From positions 26,273 to 90,272 of the forward strand of contig JAGWOI010000001.1 in assembly GCA_028870995.1 (NCBI GenBank): a DNA stretch of 64,000 nt, given 5' to 3'. The DNA is from Candidatus Omnitrophota bacterium (GTDB taxonomy: Bacteria > Omnitrophota > Gorgyraeia > Zapsychrales > Fredricksoniimonadaceae). Both the position numbers and the translations under genes were made by a program. The notes under the pieces were generated by a model. That model was not told the DNA's origin. It worked only from the letters and a program-made list of their open reading frames with translations, and made no database searches. Positions 54,597 to 64,000 of the stretch are shown here, one piece after another (position 1 is the first letter of the stretch; each line of letters opens with the position of its first letter).

Positions 54597-55491
54597 TTTT
54601 GGCGGCGGGTTCGATATGGACCAGCACATCGGCGATCCCCAGCGGTGACGCGATGAGCGCATCCTTGACATCGTGGCTGATGGCATGGGCGCGGTGCACC
54701 GGCATACTGCCGTCGACCTCCACGTGAATGTCGACGAATAATTCAATGCCGCTTTTGCGAACCTTGCATTTTTCGATGGCCACCACACCCGCCACCTTGC
54801 CGGCTAGCCCACGGATGGCTTCTTCGGTTTGAGGCGCCGGCGCGTGGTCCATGATTTCCTTCACCGCGCTTCTTAACATGTGAATGCCGTTAAACATGAT
54901 GATGCCGCTGGCCGCCAGGGCGGCCCAGGCGTCCGCGCTTTGGTATTTGGGGCCGCCTATGATGGCGATGGAAATGCCGGTAAAGGCAGCCAGGGAAGTC
55001 ATGGCATCGGAACGGTGGTGAAAGGCGTCCGCTTTAACGGAAAGGCTGTTGACGGATTCCCCGACGGCAAAGACAAATCTGAACAGCGTTTCCTTGACAA
55101 GGATGGCGATCACCAGGACAACAAGGGTAAAGGCTGCCGGCGTGTGATGGGGCTGCATGATATCAAGGACGCTTTTGACCGCGATGCTCAAACCCACCAG
55201 GACAAGGATGAGCGACACAGTCATGGCGGCCAGGGATTCGGCCCGGCCATGGCCGTAAGGATGGTCCTCATCCGCAGGGATCTCGGAGATCTTGATGCCG
55301 CCCAAAACCACCATGGATGAAAATATGTCCAGGGTGGACTCGATGCCGTCGGCAACAAGGGCATAGGAACTGCCCACGAGACCGGCGATGATTTTAACGG
55401 CCGCAAGGAATACATTGAAGGAAAGTCCGATTAAAACCGTGCTTAAGCTGCGGTCAAAACGGCTTGGGACTTTGGGGCTTTGAAAAACCAT
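54574..55491 (-). CDS. Cation diffusion facilitator family transporter
   Basis: SYALVADGIES..D, PADEDHPYGHGRAE, HHRSD, DVLVHIEP. Confidence 0.93.
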   Translation of the reverse strand: MVFQSPKVPSRFDRSLSTVLIGLSFNVFLAAVKIIAGLVGSSYALVADGIESTLDIFSSMVVLGGIKISEIPADEDHPYGHGRAESLAAMTVSLILVLVGLSIAVKSVLDIMQPHHTPAAFTLVVLVIAILVKETLFRFVFAVGESVNSLSVKADAFHHRSDAMTSLAAFTGISIAIIGGPKYQSADAWAALAASGIIMFNGIHMLRSAVKEIMDHAPAPQTEEAIRGLAGKVAGVVAIEKCKVRKSGIELFVDIHVEVDGSMPVHRAHAISHDVKDALIASPLGIADVLVHIEPAAKTTSPQGR

Positions 55492-55548
55492 TGCCTCATC
55501 TTAAAACATCGCTTGCCATCATGCAAGAGAAGGTTATAATGGTTCACA

Positions 55549-56019
55549 ATGCAAAACGAAGTGATCTCTTTTGACTATGTATTGACAGCTAAATCGGGCC
55601 AGGTGATCGATGCCTCAGCCAAGGGCAGGCCTTTGATTTTTATTTCAGGCCTTGGGCAGATCATTCCAGGCCTGGAATTGATTTTGCAGCAAATGCAACC
55701 CAGTGAAAAGAAGACGGTGACCATTGCCGCCAAGGAGGCCTACGGTCTTCGCGATGAAAGCCTCGTGCATAAGGTCGACCGTTCCCGCCTGCCGAACCAG
55801 GAGATCAAGGTCGGCGACATGTTTGAAGTTGGGCAGGGCCAGGATTTCACTCCCGTTACCATTACCGCCATCAACGGCGATGAGATCACCCTGGACGGCA
55901 ATCATCCATTGGCCGGGGAGGACCTCACCTTTGCCGTGGAAGTCGTCAGCAAGCGGCTTGCCACCCCCGAGGAATTGGCTCACGGCCATGTGCATGGGGC
56001 CGGCGGCTGCCATCATTAA
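55549..56019 (+). CDS. slyD: FKBP-type peptidyl-prolyl isomerase
   Basis: GQIIPGLE, EAYG, LDGNHPLAGEDL.F, His-rich tail HGHVHGAGGCHH. Confidence 0.93.
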   Translation: MQNEVISFDYVLTAKSGQVIDASAKGRPLIFISGLGQIIPGLELILQQMQPSEKKTVTIAAKEAYGLRDESLVHKVDRSRLPNQEIKVGDMFEVGQGQDFTPVTITAINGDEITLDGNHPLAGEDLTFAVEVVSKRLATPEELAHGHVHGAGGCHH

Positions 56020-56108
56020 AAATATCCTAAAGTCTTGCAGCACGAAAGCTTTTGACCCTCATTCCAGCCCGGCTATTTAAAATCCATTGTAATATCAGCA
56101 GGATTTGT

Positions 56109-56150
56109 TATAATCAATCTTCCTTATGTTACCCTTTGCGTAACATAGGG
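56109..56150 (+). promoter_or_regulatory. -10 box followed by an inverted repeat upstream of the alpha-glucan cluster
   Basis: TATAAT at 56109; TATGTTAC-N7-GTAACATA at 56125-56147. Confidence 0.5.
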
Positions 56151-56172
56151 TTAGATATGAGAAAGGCTCTAT

Positions 56173-57330
56173 ATGAGGGTTGCGCTTTTTTCCTGGGAGG
56201 CCGTTCATTCGGTGTTTGTCGGTGGCATTGGTTTGCATGTCACCGAACTGGCCTGCGCCCTGGAACGCAAAGGGCATGAAGTCCATGTCTTCACCCGCAT
56301 GGCACGGCCCGATCATCCTCATTACGAATGCATCCACGGCGTTCATTATCACCGCTGCCCCTTTGCTCCCCATCCTGATTTCATTGAAGAAGTAACTAAT
56401 ATGTGCCGTTCCTTCGTGGACAGTTTTCTGGCCACTGAAAACCATATCGGCCATTTCGATGTGATCCACGGGCATGACTGGCTCACCGCCCAGGCCCTGG
56501 AATGGATCAATAAGGCCAGACGCCATAAAACTATTTATACCATCCACTCGACCGAATACGGGCGGTGCGGCAATAATTTTTTTGAAGGCAACTCCAAGCG
56601 CGTCCGGCATTTGGAGTGGCTGGGCTCCTATTGCGCGGACAGGGTCATCACCGTTTCCAATGCCCTGAAGAATGAGGTCAAGTGGATCTACAATATCCCG
56701 GAAGATAAGACGGACGTGGTTTATAACGGTATCCGCTGTTCTGATTTCGACAGCTGGGTCGATCCGGGGGATGTCCGGCGCCGCTACGGCATCGGTCCCA
56801 TGGATCCCATGGTGCTGATCGTGGGACGCATGGTTTATCAGAAGGGGCCGGACCTGTTGGTTGCCGCCATTCCGTATGTATTGCAGTACTATCCGCATGC
56901 CAAATTTGTCTTTGCCGGTGACGGCGAAATGCGGGGCGAGATCGAGGGGCTTGCCGGCAGGTTGCATGTATCTCATGCCACCCGCTTCCTGGGCAAGCAG
57001 GGCGGTTTGGCGCTGAGGGACCTTTTTAAATCCACGGATTGCGTCTGCGTGCCCAGCCGCAACGAGCCTTTCGGCATCGTGATCCTTGAGGCCTGGAGCG
57101 CCGGCAAACCCGTGGTGGCCACTGTCAACGGCGGCCCTAATGAAATCATCTGGCATGATGTCAACGGCCTTAAAATCCGGGATAATCCGGAATCCATTGC
57201 TTGGGGTATCGGCACCCTTTTCCATGATTTTGACCATGCCAGGTGGATGGGGAATAACGGCCGCATGACCGTCGAGACTGCTTTCTCCTGGGATGTCATC
57301 GCCGATGAGACCTTGCAGGTATATTATTAA
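56173..57330 (+). CDS. GT4-family glycosyltransferase
   Basis: FSWE...GGIG.HV.EL, HGHDW, GRMVYQKG, PSRNEPFGIVILEAW. Confidence 0.92.
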   Translation: MRVALFSWEAVHSVFVGGIGLHVTELACALERKGHEVHVFTRMARPDHPHYECIHGVHYHRCPFAPHPDFIEEVTNMCRSFVDSFLATENHIGHFDVIHGHDWLTAQALEWINKARRHKTIYTIHSTEYGRCGNNFFEGNSKRVRHLEWLGSYCADRVITVSNALKNEVKWIYNIPEDKTDVVYNGIRCSDFDSWVDPGDVRRRYGIGPMDPMVLIVGRMVYQKGPDLLVAAIPYVLQYYPHAKFVFAGDGEMRGEIEGLAGRLHVSHATRFLGKQGGLALRDLFKSTDCVCVPSRNEPFGIVILEAWSAGKPVVATVNGGPNEIIWHDVNGLKIRDNPESIAWGIGTLFHDFDHARWMGNNGRMTVETAFSWDVIADETLQVYY

Positions 57331-57364
57331 CCCGAAATGGAATGCGGAGGCTTAGAACGCCTTT

Positions 57365-58495
57365 ATGTCACCTGTCATTGACTCAACCGAGCTTCCGGCC
57401 TTAAGACGCCGCACCCGTTGCATCCTTGTCTCAAGGGACCCTAATACCCTTTGGGCTTATTGGGACCATACCCCGTCAGATAGGCAACAACGGACGTCGC
57501 GCCTCCAATCCCAATCGAAAAATATACGGTTTCTCCTGCGTGTTTATGATGTGACCCAGGTGAAATTCAACGGGGCCAACGCCAACCATGTTTGGGACAT
57601 GGAGGTGGGGCCTGGTGCAAAAAGCGCCTATATCAATGTATGGCAGGACAACGCGGATTATTGCGTGGAATACGGCCTGACCACCGGTAAAAAACATTTT
57701 ATGGCCCTGGCCCGTTCCAATATCGTGCGCGCACCGTCCAGGACCCCTTCGAAGAGGGATGACTTGATATGGCAGGACATCAAATTCCCCAAAAAATCGC
57801 CGGCCTACATTCAGGAAGATTTAAAGAAAGATATTAAGAGCCATTATCATGGCCTGATACAGCAGCAAAGTAAAGGAAGCTTCACTTCCGAAGGCCAGGC
57901 GCACGTTGAACGGCTAATAAAAGAGAAATATTCCCCCCAAGGCGAAGGGTTGCAAGCCAAATCAGGCCGGCGGCCCAGGGTTTATCATTTAACCGCCCAG
58001 GACATCCGGACTTATTATTTGAGATTTTTTCACCGCAAATCACGGCATCCCCGCGGCCTAAGGAGCCTTGTGGCAGGAATTCCCATTGGCATTTCCTGGC
58101 AAAAGGTCAGGCCGTTGATCAGTACTGTTGAATTGATAAAACACCTTCATCCGGCGGGCGCCTCCGAAAAACAAGCGCCGGGGGCCAGTGAAAACTTCGG
58201 AGGTGTCCAAGGCAGCGAAGGCCGTTTGAAGCAAAGAAAGTTTTTCTTTGAGATCTGGACCGAACTGATCGTCCATGGCCGCACCGAACCTGATGCCGCC
58301 GTGTGGCTGAACCAGAAAGGGGTTAAATTGAATCCCGATGGGACCTTCACGCTGCACTATGCCTTGCCTGACGGAGAGATTCCTTTGAAATTCGTTGCCC
58401 AATCAGCCGATGGGGTGGAGCAGCGTCATATCTATACGCGGGTAGAAAGGGAAAACACGGTTTATTTCCCCAAGATATTGAAAGCCTATGAATAA
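57365..58495 (+). CDS. DUF4912-like protein
   Basis: LVSRDPNTLWAYWD, LRVYDVT, LARSN, C-terminal ELIVHGRTEPDA..DGTF. Confidence 0.85.
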   Translation: MSPVIDSTELPALRRRTRCILVSRDPNTLWAYWDHTPSDRQQRTSRLQSQSKNIRFLLRVYDVTQVKFNGANANHVWDMEVGPGAKSAYINVWQDNADYCVEYGLTTGKKHFMALARSNIVRAPSRTPSKRDDLIWQDIKFPKKSPAYIQEDLKKDIKSHYHGLIQQQSKGSFTSEGQAHVERLIKEKYSPQGEGLQAKSGRRPRVYHLTAQDIRTYYLRFFHRKSRHPRGLRSLVAGIPIGISWQKVRPLISTVELIKHLHPAGASEKQAPGASENFGGVQGSEGRLKQRKFFFEIWTELIVHGRTEPDAAVWLNQKGVKLNPDGTFTLHYALPDGEIPLKFVAQSADGVEQRHIYTRVERENTVYFPKILKAYE

Positions 58496-60248
58496 AAATC
58501 CGAAAGGCTATTTGAGCCTTGTCCTTCACGCGCACCTGCCGTTTGTCCGGCATCCCGAGGAGAATTATTTCCTCGAGGAAAACTGGCTGTTCGAGGCCAT
58601 CACCGAGACCTATATTCCTTTGTTAAGGGTCTTCGAGGGGCTGGTGCGCGACGGGGTGGACTTCAACATCACCATGTCCGTGAGCCCGACGCTGGCGGCC
58701 ATGTTTACGGACCGCCTGCTGCAGGACCGTTATGTGCGCCATATCAATAAGCTCATTGAGCTGGCTGAAAAGGAACTCGACCGCACCGCCTATGATCCGC
58801 AGTTCCACGGGCTGGCGCTTATGTATTATCACCGTTTTCTCGATGCCCGCGATATCTTCGTCAACCAATACCAGAAGAACCTTATTAATGCATTCAAGAA
58901 ATTCCAGGAAGCTGGGTGTCTGGAGATCATTACCTGTTGCGCCACCCATGGCTTTTTGCCCAATTTGAATATAAGCGAATCCGCGGTTCGGTCCCAGATC
59001 GACATCGGGGTGGACCAGTACCGCCATCATTTCGGGGTGGATCCCAAGGGGATATGGCTTCCCGAGTGCGGCTTTTATCCGGGGCTGGACCGCTGGCTCA
59101 AGAAAGCAGGGATCAGCTATTTCTTTTGCGATTCACACGGGATCATGAATGCCGATCCGCAGCCGCAATACGGTGTCATGGCCCCGGTATATTGCCCCAG
59201 CGGGGTGGCGGCTTTTGGCCGTGATTGGGAAAGCTCCAAGCAGGTTTGGAGTTCCAAGGAGGGCTATCCCGGCGATCCTGATTACCGGGAATATTACCGC
59301 GATATCGGCTTTACGCTGGATTTTGAATACATTAAGCCTTATATCCATCCCATGGGGATCCGTCATAATACCGGGTTCAAATATTGGCGCATCACCGGCG
59401 ACACTGAGGCCAAGGCGCCGTATCAGCCGGATTGGGCTAGGAACAAGGCGGCTGTCCATGCCGGGAACTTCATGTTCAACCGCCAGAAACAGATCGAACA
59501 CCATTTTTTTCAAATGGACCGCAAGCCCATTGTCGTGGCCCCGTATGATGCCGAATTGTTCGGCCATTGGTGGTTTGAGGGCCCGCAATGGATCGATTTT
59601 TTATGCCGTAAGATCTTTTATGACCAGGACACCATCCAGATGACAACACCCTCCCAATATTTAAGGGAGTACACCACCAACCAGGTGGCCATGCCCAGCC
59701 AGTCGAGCTGGGGGTATAAAGGTTTTGGCGAATTCTGGCTTGAAGGCTGCAATGATTGGATCTATCCTTATCTTCATGAGGCCGCGGAGTTGATGGAAGA
59801 ACTGGCCAGGGAGAATGCGTCCTTGATCCAGGGAAACTTCGGCCGGAACCCCTTGAAGGCGGCCTTGCGCTACCGCGCCCTTAACCAGGCCGCGCGCGAG
59901 CTGCTGCTGGCCCAAGCCAGCGACTGGCCCTTTATCATGAAGGCCGGGACGATGGTGGCTTACGCCGAGAAAAGGGTCAAAACGCATATCAACCGTTTCT
60001 GGCGCCTGTACAACAGTTTGAAAGAGGATGCCATCGATGAGCCCTGGCTTAAGGAAATCGAATCCAGGGACAATATTTTTGGGGACACGAATTGCGTCCA
60101 GTATTATTTGGAAACGCGCAAAGCGGCGCGCAAGCCTGTGAAAACGTCCCAACCCCGAAAGCTCTTGAAGCAGGCCGCTCATTTGAAAAATGAGGTAGCG
60201 GCACGAAAGGAGGTCAATCATGAACGACATCATCGACAATTTGCCTAA
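58488..60248 (+). CDS. GH57 1,4-alpha-glucan branching enzyme (DUF1957)
   Basis: LHAHLPFVRH, EAITETYIP, ATHGFLP, WLPECG, PYDAELFGHWWFEGP, LAQASDW. Confidence 0.93.
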   Translation: MNKNPKGYLSLVLHAHLPFVRHPEENYFLEENWLFEAITETYIPLLRVFEGLVRDGVDFNITMSVSPTLAAMFTDRLLQDRYVRHINKLIELAEKELDRTAYDPQFHGLALMYYHRFLDARDIFVNQYQKNLINAFKKFQEAGCLEIITCCATHGFLPNLNISESAVRSQIDIGVDQYRHHFGVDPKGIWLPECGFYPGLDRWLKKAGISYFFCDSHGIMNADPQPQYGVMAPVYCPSGVAAFGRDWESSKQVWSSKEGYPGDPDYREYYRDIGFTLDFEYIKPYIHPMGIRHNTGFKYWRITGDTEAKAPYQPDWARNKAAVHAGNFMFNRQKQIEHHFFQMDRKPIVVAPYDAELFGHWWFEGPQWIDFLCRKIFYDQDTIQMTTPSQYLREYTTNQVAMPSQSSWGYKGFGEFWLEGCNDWIYPYLHEAAELMEELARENASLIQGNFGRNPLKAALRYRALNQAARELLLAQASDWPFIMKAGTMVAYAEKRVKTHINRFWRLYNSLKEDAIDEPWLKEIESRDNIFGDTNCVQYYLETRKAARKPVKTSQPRKLLKQAAHLKNEVAARKEVNHERHHRQFA

Positions 60249-61872
60249 CATTTTTTTCCAAACCAACGGGTTTGCGGCCCCTAAAAAAAGGAAGCTGTAC
60301 AGCCCGTGTTCCAATATCGACTTTAAAAAAGTAAGGTCTTCTTTTGGTATCGCCCTTCACATGCATCAGCCCACGATACCGGCCGGCGGCCAGGACCTGC
60401 ATACCGCGGCCCTTATTTCCAATCTTCAGCATATGTTCGACAACCCCGGTATCGGGGACAATCACAACGCCTCCGTGTTTTTCTGGTGTTATCAGCGCAT
60501 GGCGGAGTTCGTCCCTAAACTCGTCAGCGAGGGCAAAAGTCCCCGGATCATGCTGGATTATTCCGGGAACCTGCTGTGGGGATTAGGGCAAATGAACAAC
60601 GGGGTGGCGCTGGACAATTTGAAGAAGATCACCTGCGACAAGTCATATTATCCTTATGTGGAGTGGCTGGGCACCATGTGGTCGCATTCGGTGGTGACAT
60701 CCACACCCATCCCTGATATCAAACTGCACCTGATGGCCTTCCGCCATCATTTTGCCTCCATTTTCGGCAAGGAAGCGGAAGAGCGCATCAAGGGATTCTC
60801 CGCGCCGGAGATGCATCTGCCCATTCACCCGGATGTCTGCTATGAGTATGTCAAAGCGCTTAAAGAGTGCGGCTACGAGTGGCTGATGGTGCAGGAACAT
60901 ACCATTGAGAATTTCAACGGCCGCGGCATCAGTGATCCGTATGTCCCGCACAAGCTGGTGGCCAAGAATTCCTTGGGGCAGATCCAGGAAATCACTGTAC
61001 TCGTCAAGACCCAGGGTTCGGACACCAAATTGGTGGCCCAGATGCAGCCCTTGTTCGAGGCACGCGGGCTGTCCCGGCAGGAATACGCTGGACAAATGAT
61101 CCCGCCTTTTGTATGCCAGATCGGTGACGGCGAAAACGGCGGAGTGATGATGAATGAATTTCCGCCCATGTATAACCAGTGCATCCAGGGCCTTTCCACG
61201 GAAGGGACCGTGGCGCTCAACGGTTCGGAATACCTGGAGTTTTTGGAGGGTATGGGTGTCGATCCCAAGGATTTTACGGCTGTCCAGCCCATTGCCCAGC
61301 ACCGCATTTGGGAGAAGGTCAAAAAATTCGAGCCGCAGGCCGCCAACAAGGCCATCGAGGAGCTGCAGCGCCAGGACAAATCCTTCAACCTTGACCGCGG
61401 CTCATGGACCAGCGACCGGGACTGGGTCAAGGGGTATGAACAGGTGCTTGATCCCATCAATGCCTTGAGTGTGGCCTTCCATAATAAATTCGACGGCAAG
61501 AACATCGACAGGAATTCCAAGTCCTACAAGGAAGCGCTACTGTACCTGTTGCTGTCACAGACCAGCTGTTTCCGTTATTGGGGACAGGGCATTTGGACGG
61601 ATTACGCCAAGGAACTTTGCCGGCGGGGGATGGAGATCATCAATAAAGGAAAGACCTTCGCCATGGCCCAGACCTCCGCTTCCAAGAACATTGCCAGGTC
61701 CCAGGCGGTCAGCGCCTTAAACCAGGACATATTCAACAACCCCGATGTGGCTAAGGAAATCGAAAAGCACAAATGGTGTGAAAGCGAAAAAGCCGGCCGT
61801 GATGTAGGTTATGAATGGGCCAAGGAGGACTGGCTTAAACGATACGGAGAACTATGGGTACAGACTCATTGA
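60220..61872 (+). CDS. Second GH57-family glycoside hydrolase with small C-terminal fused domain
   Basis: ALHMHQP, FSAPEMHLP, QIGDGENGGVMMNEFP, TSCFRYWG; tail EIEKHKWCESEKAGRDVG. Confidence 0.82.
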   Translation: MNDIIDNLPNIFFQTNGFAAPKKRKLYSPCSNIDFKKVRSSFGIALHMHQPTIPAGGQDLHTAALISNLQHMFDNPGIGDNHNASVFFWCYQRMAEFVPKLVSEGKSPRIMLDYSGNLLWGLGQMNNGVALDNLKKITCDKSYYPYVEWLGTMWSHSVVTSTPIPDIKLHLMAFRHHFASIFGKEAEERIKGFSAPEMHLPIHPDVCYEYVKALKECGYEWLMVQEHTIENFNGRGISDPYVPHKLVAKNSLGQIQEITVLVKTQGSDTKLVAQMQPLFEARGLSRQEYAGQMIPPFVCQIGDGENGGVMMNEFPPMYNQCIQGLSTEGTVALNGSEYLEFLEGMGVDPKDFTAVQPIAQHRIWEKVKKFEPQAANKAIEELQRQDKSFNLDRGSWTSDRDWVKGYEQVLDPINALSVAFHNKFDGKNIDRNSKSYKEALLYLLLSQTSCFRYWGQGIWTDYAKELCRRGMEIINKGKTFAMAQTSASKNIARSQAVSALNQDIFNNPDVAKEIEKHKWCESEKAGRDVGYEWAKEDWLKRYGELWVQTH

Positions 61873-63782
61873 TGCAGCCTTTTATCACGGATCACGACAT
61901 TTATCTTTTTAAAGAGGGCAACCACTTTAAGCTTTATGAAAAACTGGGCGCCCATCCCATGGTCATGGACGGGCAGCCGGGCGTGTATTTTGCCGTCTGG
62001 GCTCCCAATGCCAAGAGCGTTTCGGTCATCGGTAATTTCAACCAATGGCAGCGCGACAGCCATCCTTTAAAATCACGCTGGGACTCTTCCGGCATATGGG
62101 AAGTTTTTATCCCAGGCCTGGCCAAGGGGGAATTGTATAAGTATTTTATTACCTCCCGGGACGGCTACCAGGTGGAAAAATCCGATCCCTTTGCCTTTTA
62201 TAACGAGGTGGCGCCGAATTTCGGTTCCATTGTCTGGGACCATGAGTACCAATGGCAGGACAGCCAATGGATGAAGGAGCGCTACCGCCACAACAGCCTG
62301 GAGGCGCCGATTTCCATTTACGAGCTGCACATCGGCTCCTGGAAGAGGGTGGTGGAAGAGGAGCACAGGCCCTTGACCTACAGGGAATTGGCCTTGCAGC
62401 TGCCCGATTATTTGGAATACATGGGTTATACCCATGTCGAGTTTCTGCCGGTCATGGAATATCCGTTCTACGGTTCCTGGGGGTATCAGACCCTGGGCTA
62501 TTTTTCGCCCACCAGCCGTTTCGGCACGCCGCAGGATTTCATGTATTTGGTGGATTGCCTGCACCAGCGGGGGATCGGTGTCATCTTAGACTGGGTGCCG
62601 TCGCATTTCCCCACTGACGAGCACGGGCTGGTCTACTTTGACGGCACACACCTTTTTGAACACGCAGACACCAGGAGAGGCTACCATCCGGACTGGAAGA
62701 GCGCCATTTTCAATTACGGCCGTAACGAGATCAGGGAATTTTTGATCTCCTCGGCCATGTTCTGGATGGAAAAATTCCACGCGGACGGCCTGCGGGTGGA
62801 TGCGGTTGCTTCCATGCTTTATCTGGATTATTCCAGGGGCGATGCCTGGATCCCCAACGAACATGGCGGCCGGGAAAACCTTGAGGCCATTTATTTCCTG
62901 CGCCGGCTCAATGAGGTGATCTACGGCAATTTTCCTGATGTCCAGATGATCGCCGAGGAATCCACCGCCTGGAGCGGGGTATCCCGTCCCACCTTTGTGG
63001 GCGGCCTGGGTTTCGGCATGAAATGGAACATGGGCTGGATGCATGACACCCTGGTGTATATCACCAAGGACCCCATTTACCGTAAATATCACCACAATGA
63101 CCTGACCTTCTCGTTCTTGTACGCCTTTTCCGAGAATTTCATGCTGTCGCTTTCCCACGATGAGGTCACCCATGGCAAAGGGGCTTTGGCCGGCAAGATG
63201 CCGGGGGATCACTGGCAGCAGATGGCTAATTTACGTTTATTGCTGGGGTATATGTTTGCCCATCCAGGTAAAAAACTGCATTTTATGGGTGCCGAGTTCG
63301 CCCAGTGGGCAGAATGGAACCACGAGCATAGTATTGAGTGGCATTTGTTGCAGCATGAACCGCACAAAGGTGTCCAGCAATGGGTGCGGGACCTGAACCA
63401 TTTTTACCGCAGTGAGCCGGCTTTGTATGAAAAGGATTTTACGCCGGAAGGCTTTGAGTTCATCGATTTCAGCGATTATCAAAACAGCATCATCAGTTTC
63501 ATCCGCAAATCCGCCGACGGGAAATCCCAGGTGCTGGCGGTATGCAATTTTACGCCGCAGACCTGGAAGAATTACCGCGTGGGCGTGTCGCAGGGCGGGT
63601 TCTGGAAGGAAGCGCTCAACTCCGATGCCAAGATCTATTGGGGCAGCAATCAGGGCAATTCCGGCGGCCTGCAGGCCGAGGCTTGCCCCACGCACGGCAA
63701 ACCGTTCTCGCTGGATTTGACCATACCGCCTTTAGGGATTTTATTCATGAAGCATTTGGCCGATGAGGGGAATAAATCCTGA
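61872..63782 (+). CDS. glgB: GH13 1,4-alpha-glucan branching enzyme
   Basis: LGAHP, FAVWAPNA, IYELHIGSW, DWVPSHF, DGLRVDAVASM, AEEST, SHDEV; TGATG overlap with the upstream gene. Confidence 0.96.
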   Translation: MQPFITDHDIYLFKEGNHFKLYEKLGAHPMVMDGQPGVYFAVWAPNAKSVSVIGNFNQWQRDSHPLKSRWDSSGIWEVFIPGLAKGELYKYFITSRDGYQVEKSDPFAFYNEVAPNFGSIVWDHEYQWQDSQWMKERYRHNSLEAPISIYELHIGSWKRVVEEEHRPLTYRELALQLPDYLEYMGYTHVEFLPVMEYPFYGSWGYQTLGYFSPTSRFGTPQDFMYLVDCLHQRGIGVILDWVPSHFPTDEHGLVYFDGTHLFEHADTRRGYHPDWKSAIFNYGRNEIREFLISSAMFWMEKFHADGLRVDAVASMLYLDYSRGDAWIPNEHGGRENLEAIYFLRRLNEVIYGNFPDVQMIAEESTAWSGVSRPTFVGGLGFGMKWNMGWMHDTLVYITKDPIYRKYHHNDLTFSFLYAFSENFMLSLSHDEVTHGKGALAGKMPGDHWQQMANLRLLLGYMFAHPGKKLHFMGAEFAQWAEWNHEHSIEWHLLQHEPHKGVQQWVRDLNHFYRSEPALYEKDFTPEGFEFIDFSDYQNSIISFIRKSADGKSQVLAVCNFTPQTWKNYRVGVSQGGFWKEALNSDAKIYWGSNQGNSGGLQAEACPTHGKPFSLDLTIPPLGILFMKHLADEGNKS

Positions 63783-64000
63783 TGCAGGAGGATATGGTGT
63801 ACAAAGTCAAGGCGGATTTTTTAAGGTGTTTAGGTCATCCGGTCCGCCTGAAACTCATCGAAGAGCTCAAGACCGGCGAGAAAAGCGTCGGCTATTTGGT
63901 CGATAAATTCAAGATCGGCCAATCCAGCATTTCCCGCCATCTTTTGGCCCTGCGTAATGCCGGGATCCTTTCGTCCCGGCAGCAAAGGACCACGGTATAC
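63782..64000 (+). CDS. ArsR/SmtB family transcriptional regulator (truncated by window end; not in the ORF track)
   Basis: Manual translation MQEDMVYKVKADFLRCLGHPVRLKLIEELKTGEKSVG...QSSISRHLLALRNAGIL. Confidence 0.88.
   Translation, partial: MQEDMVYKVKADFLRCLGHPVRLKLIEELKTGEKSVGYLVDKFKIGQSSISRHLLALRNAGILSSRQQRTTVY

Noticed and set aside
56095-57237. 380-aa minus-strand ORF
   Set aside because: Antisense to the GT4 gene; no recognisable domain

Overview
Bacterial chromosomal window, moderately GC-rich, with no integrase, transposase or CRISPR array seen. Gene content and order suggest a PVC-like lineage such as Ca. Omnitrophota, but this is inference only. The first ~23 kb is a low-oxygen/redox island: the end of cydB, a variant hemerythrin, a system II cytochrome c maturation unit with an extra lipoprotein, a radical SAM protein, two NarL-type two-component systems, then hemA followed by a trans-envelope multiheme cytochrome gene set. 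That set is a monoheme cytochrome, an octaheme MtrA/MtoA-like protein, a beta-barrel, a NapC/NirT-type protein and two CbcL-like c+b cytochromes with 9 and 19 hemes; I count 42 CxxCH plus 2 variant motifs. nrdDG with tandem NrdR boxes follows. One 16-bp inverted repeat (TA[A/C]GT-N6-ACGTA) recurs upstream of five transcription units of the island, and a DosR-like palindrome precedes hemA. The middle is housekeeping: tRNA-Val, rnhA whose reading frame runs into the RNase P RNA gene, yebC-ruvC-ruvA-scpB-pheA, then a TetR/DUF2292/porin/modABC block, a deacetylase and pilT, then hisC-aroF-tyrA-cmk-lepA-lepB-pgsA-plsY. The end holds GT2/PEGA genes, a c-di-GMP phosphodiesterase, a TolC-ABC exporter, CDF, slyD and an alpha-glucan cluster with both GH57 and GH13 branching enzymes. 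All calls are from motif recognition by eye; no searches were run.
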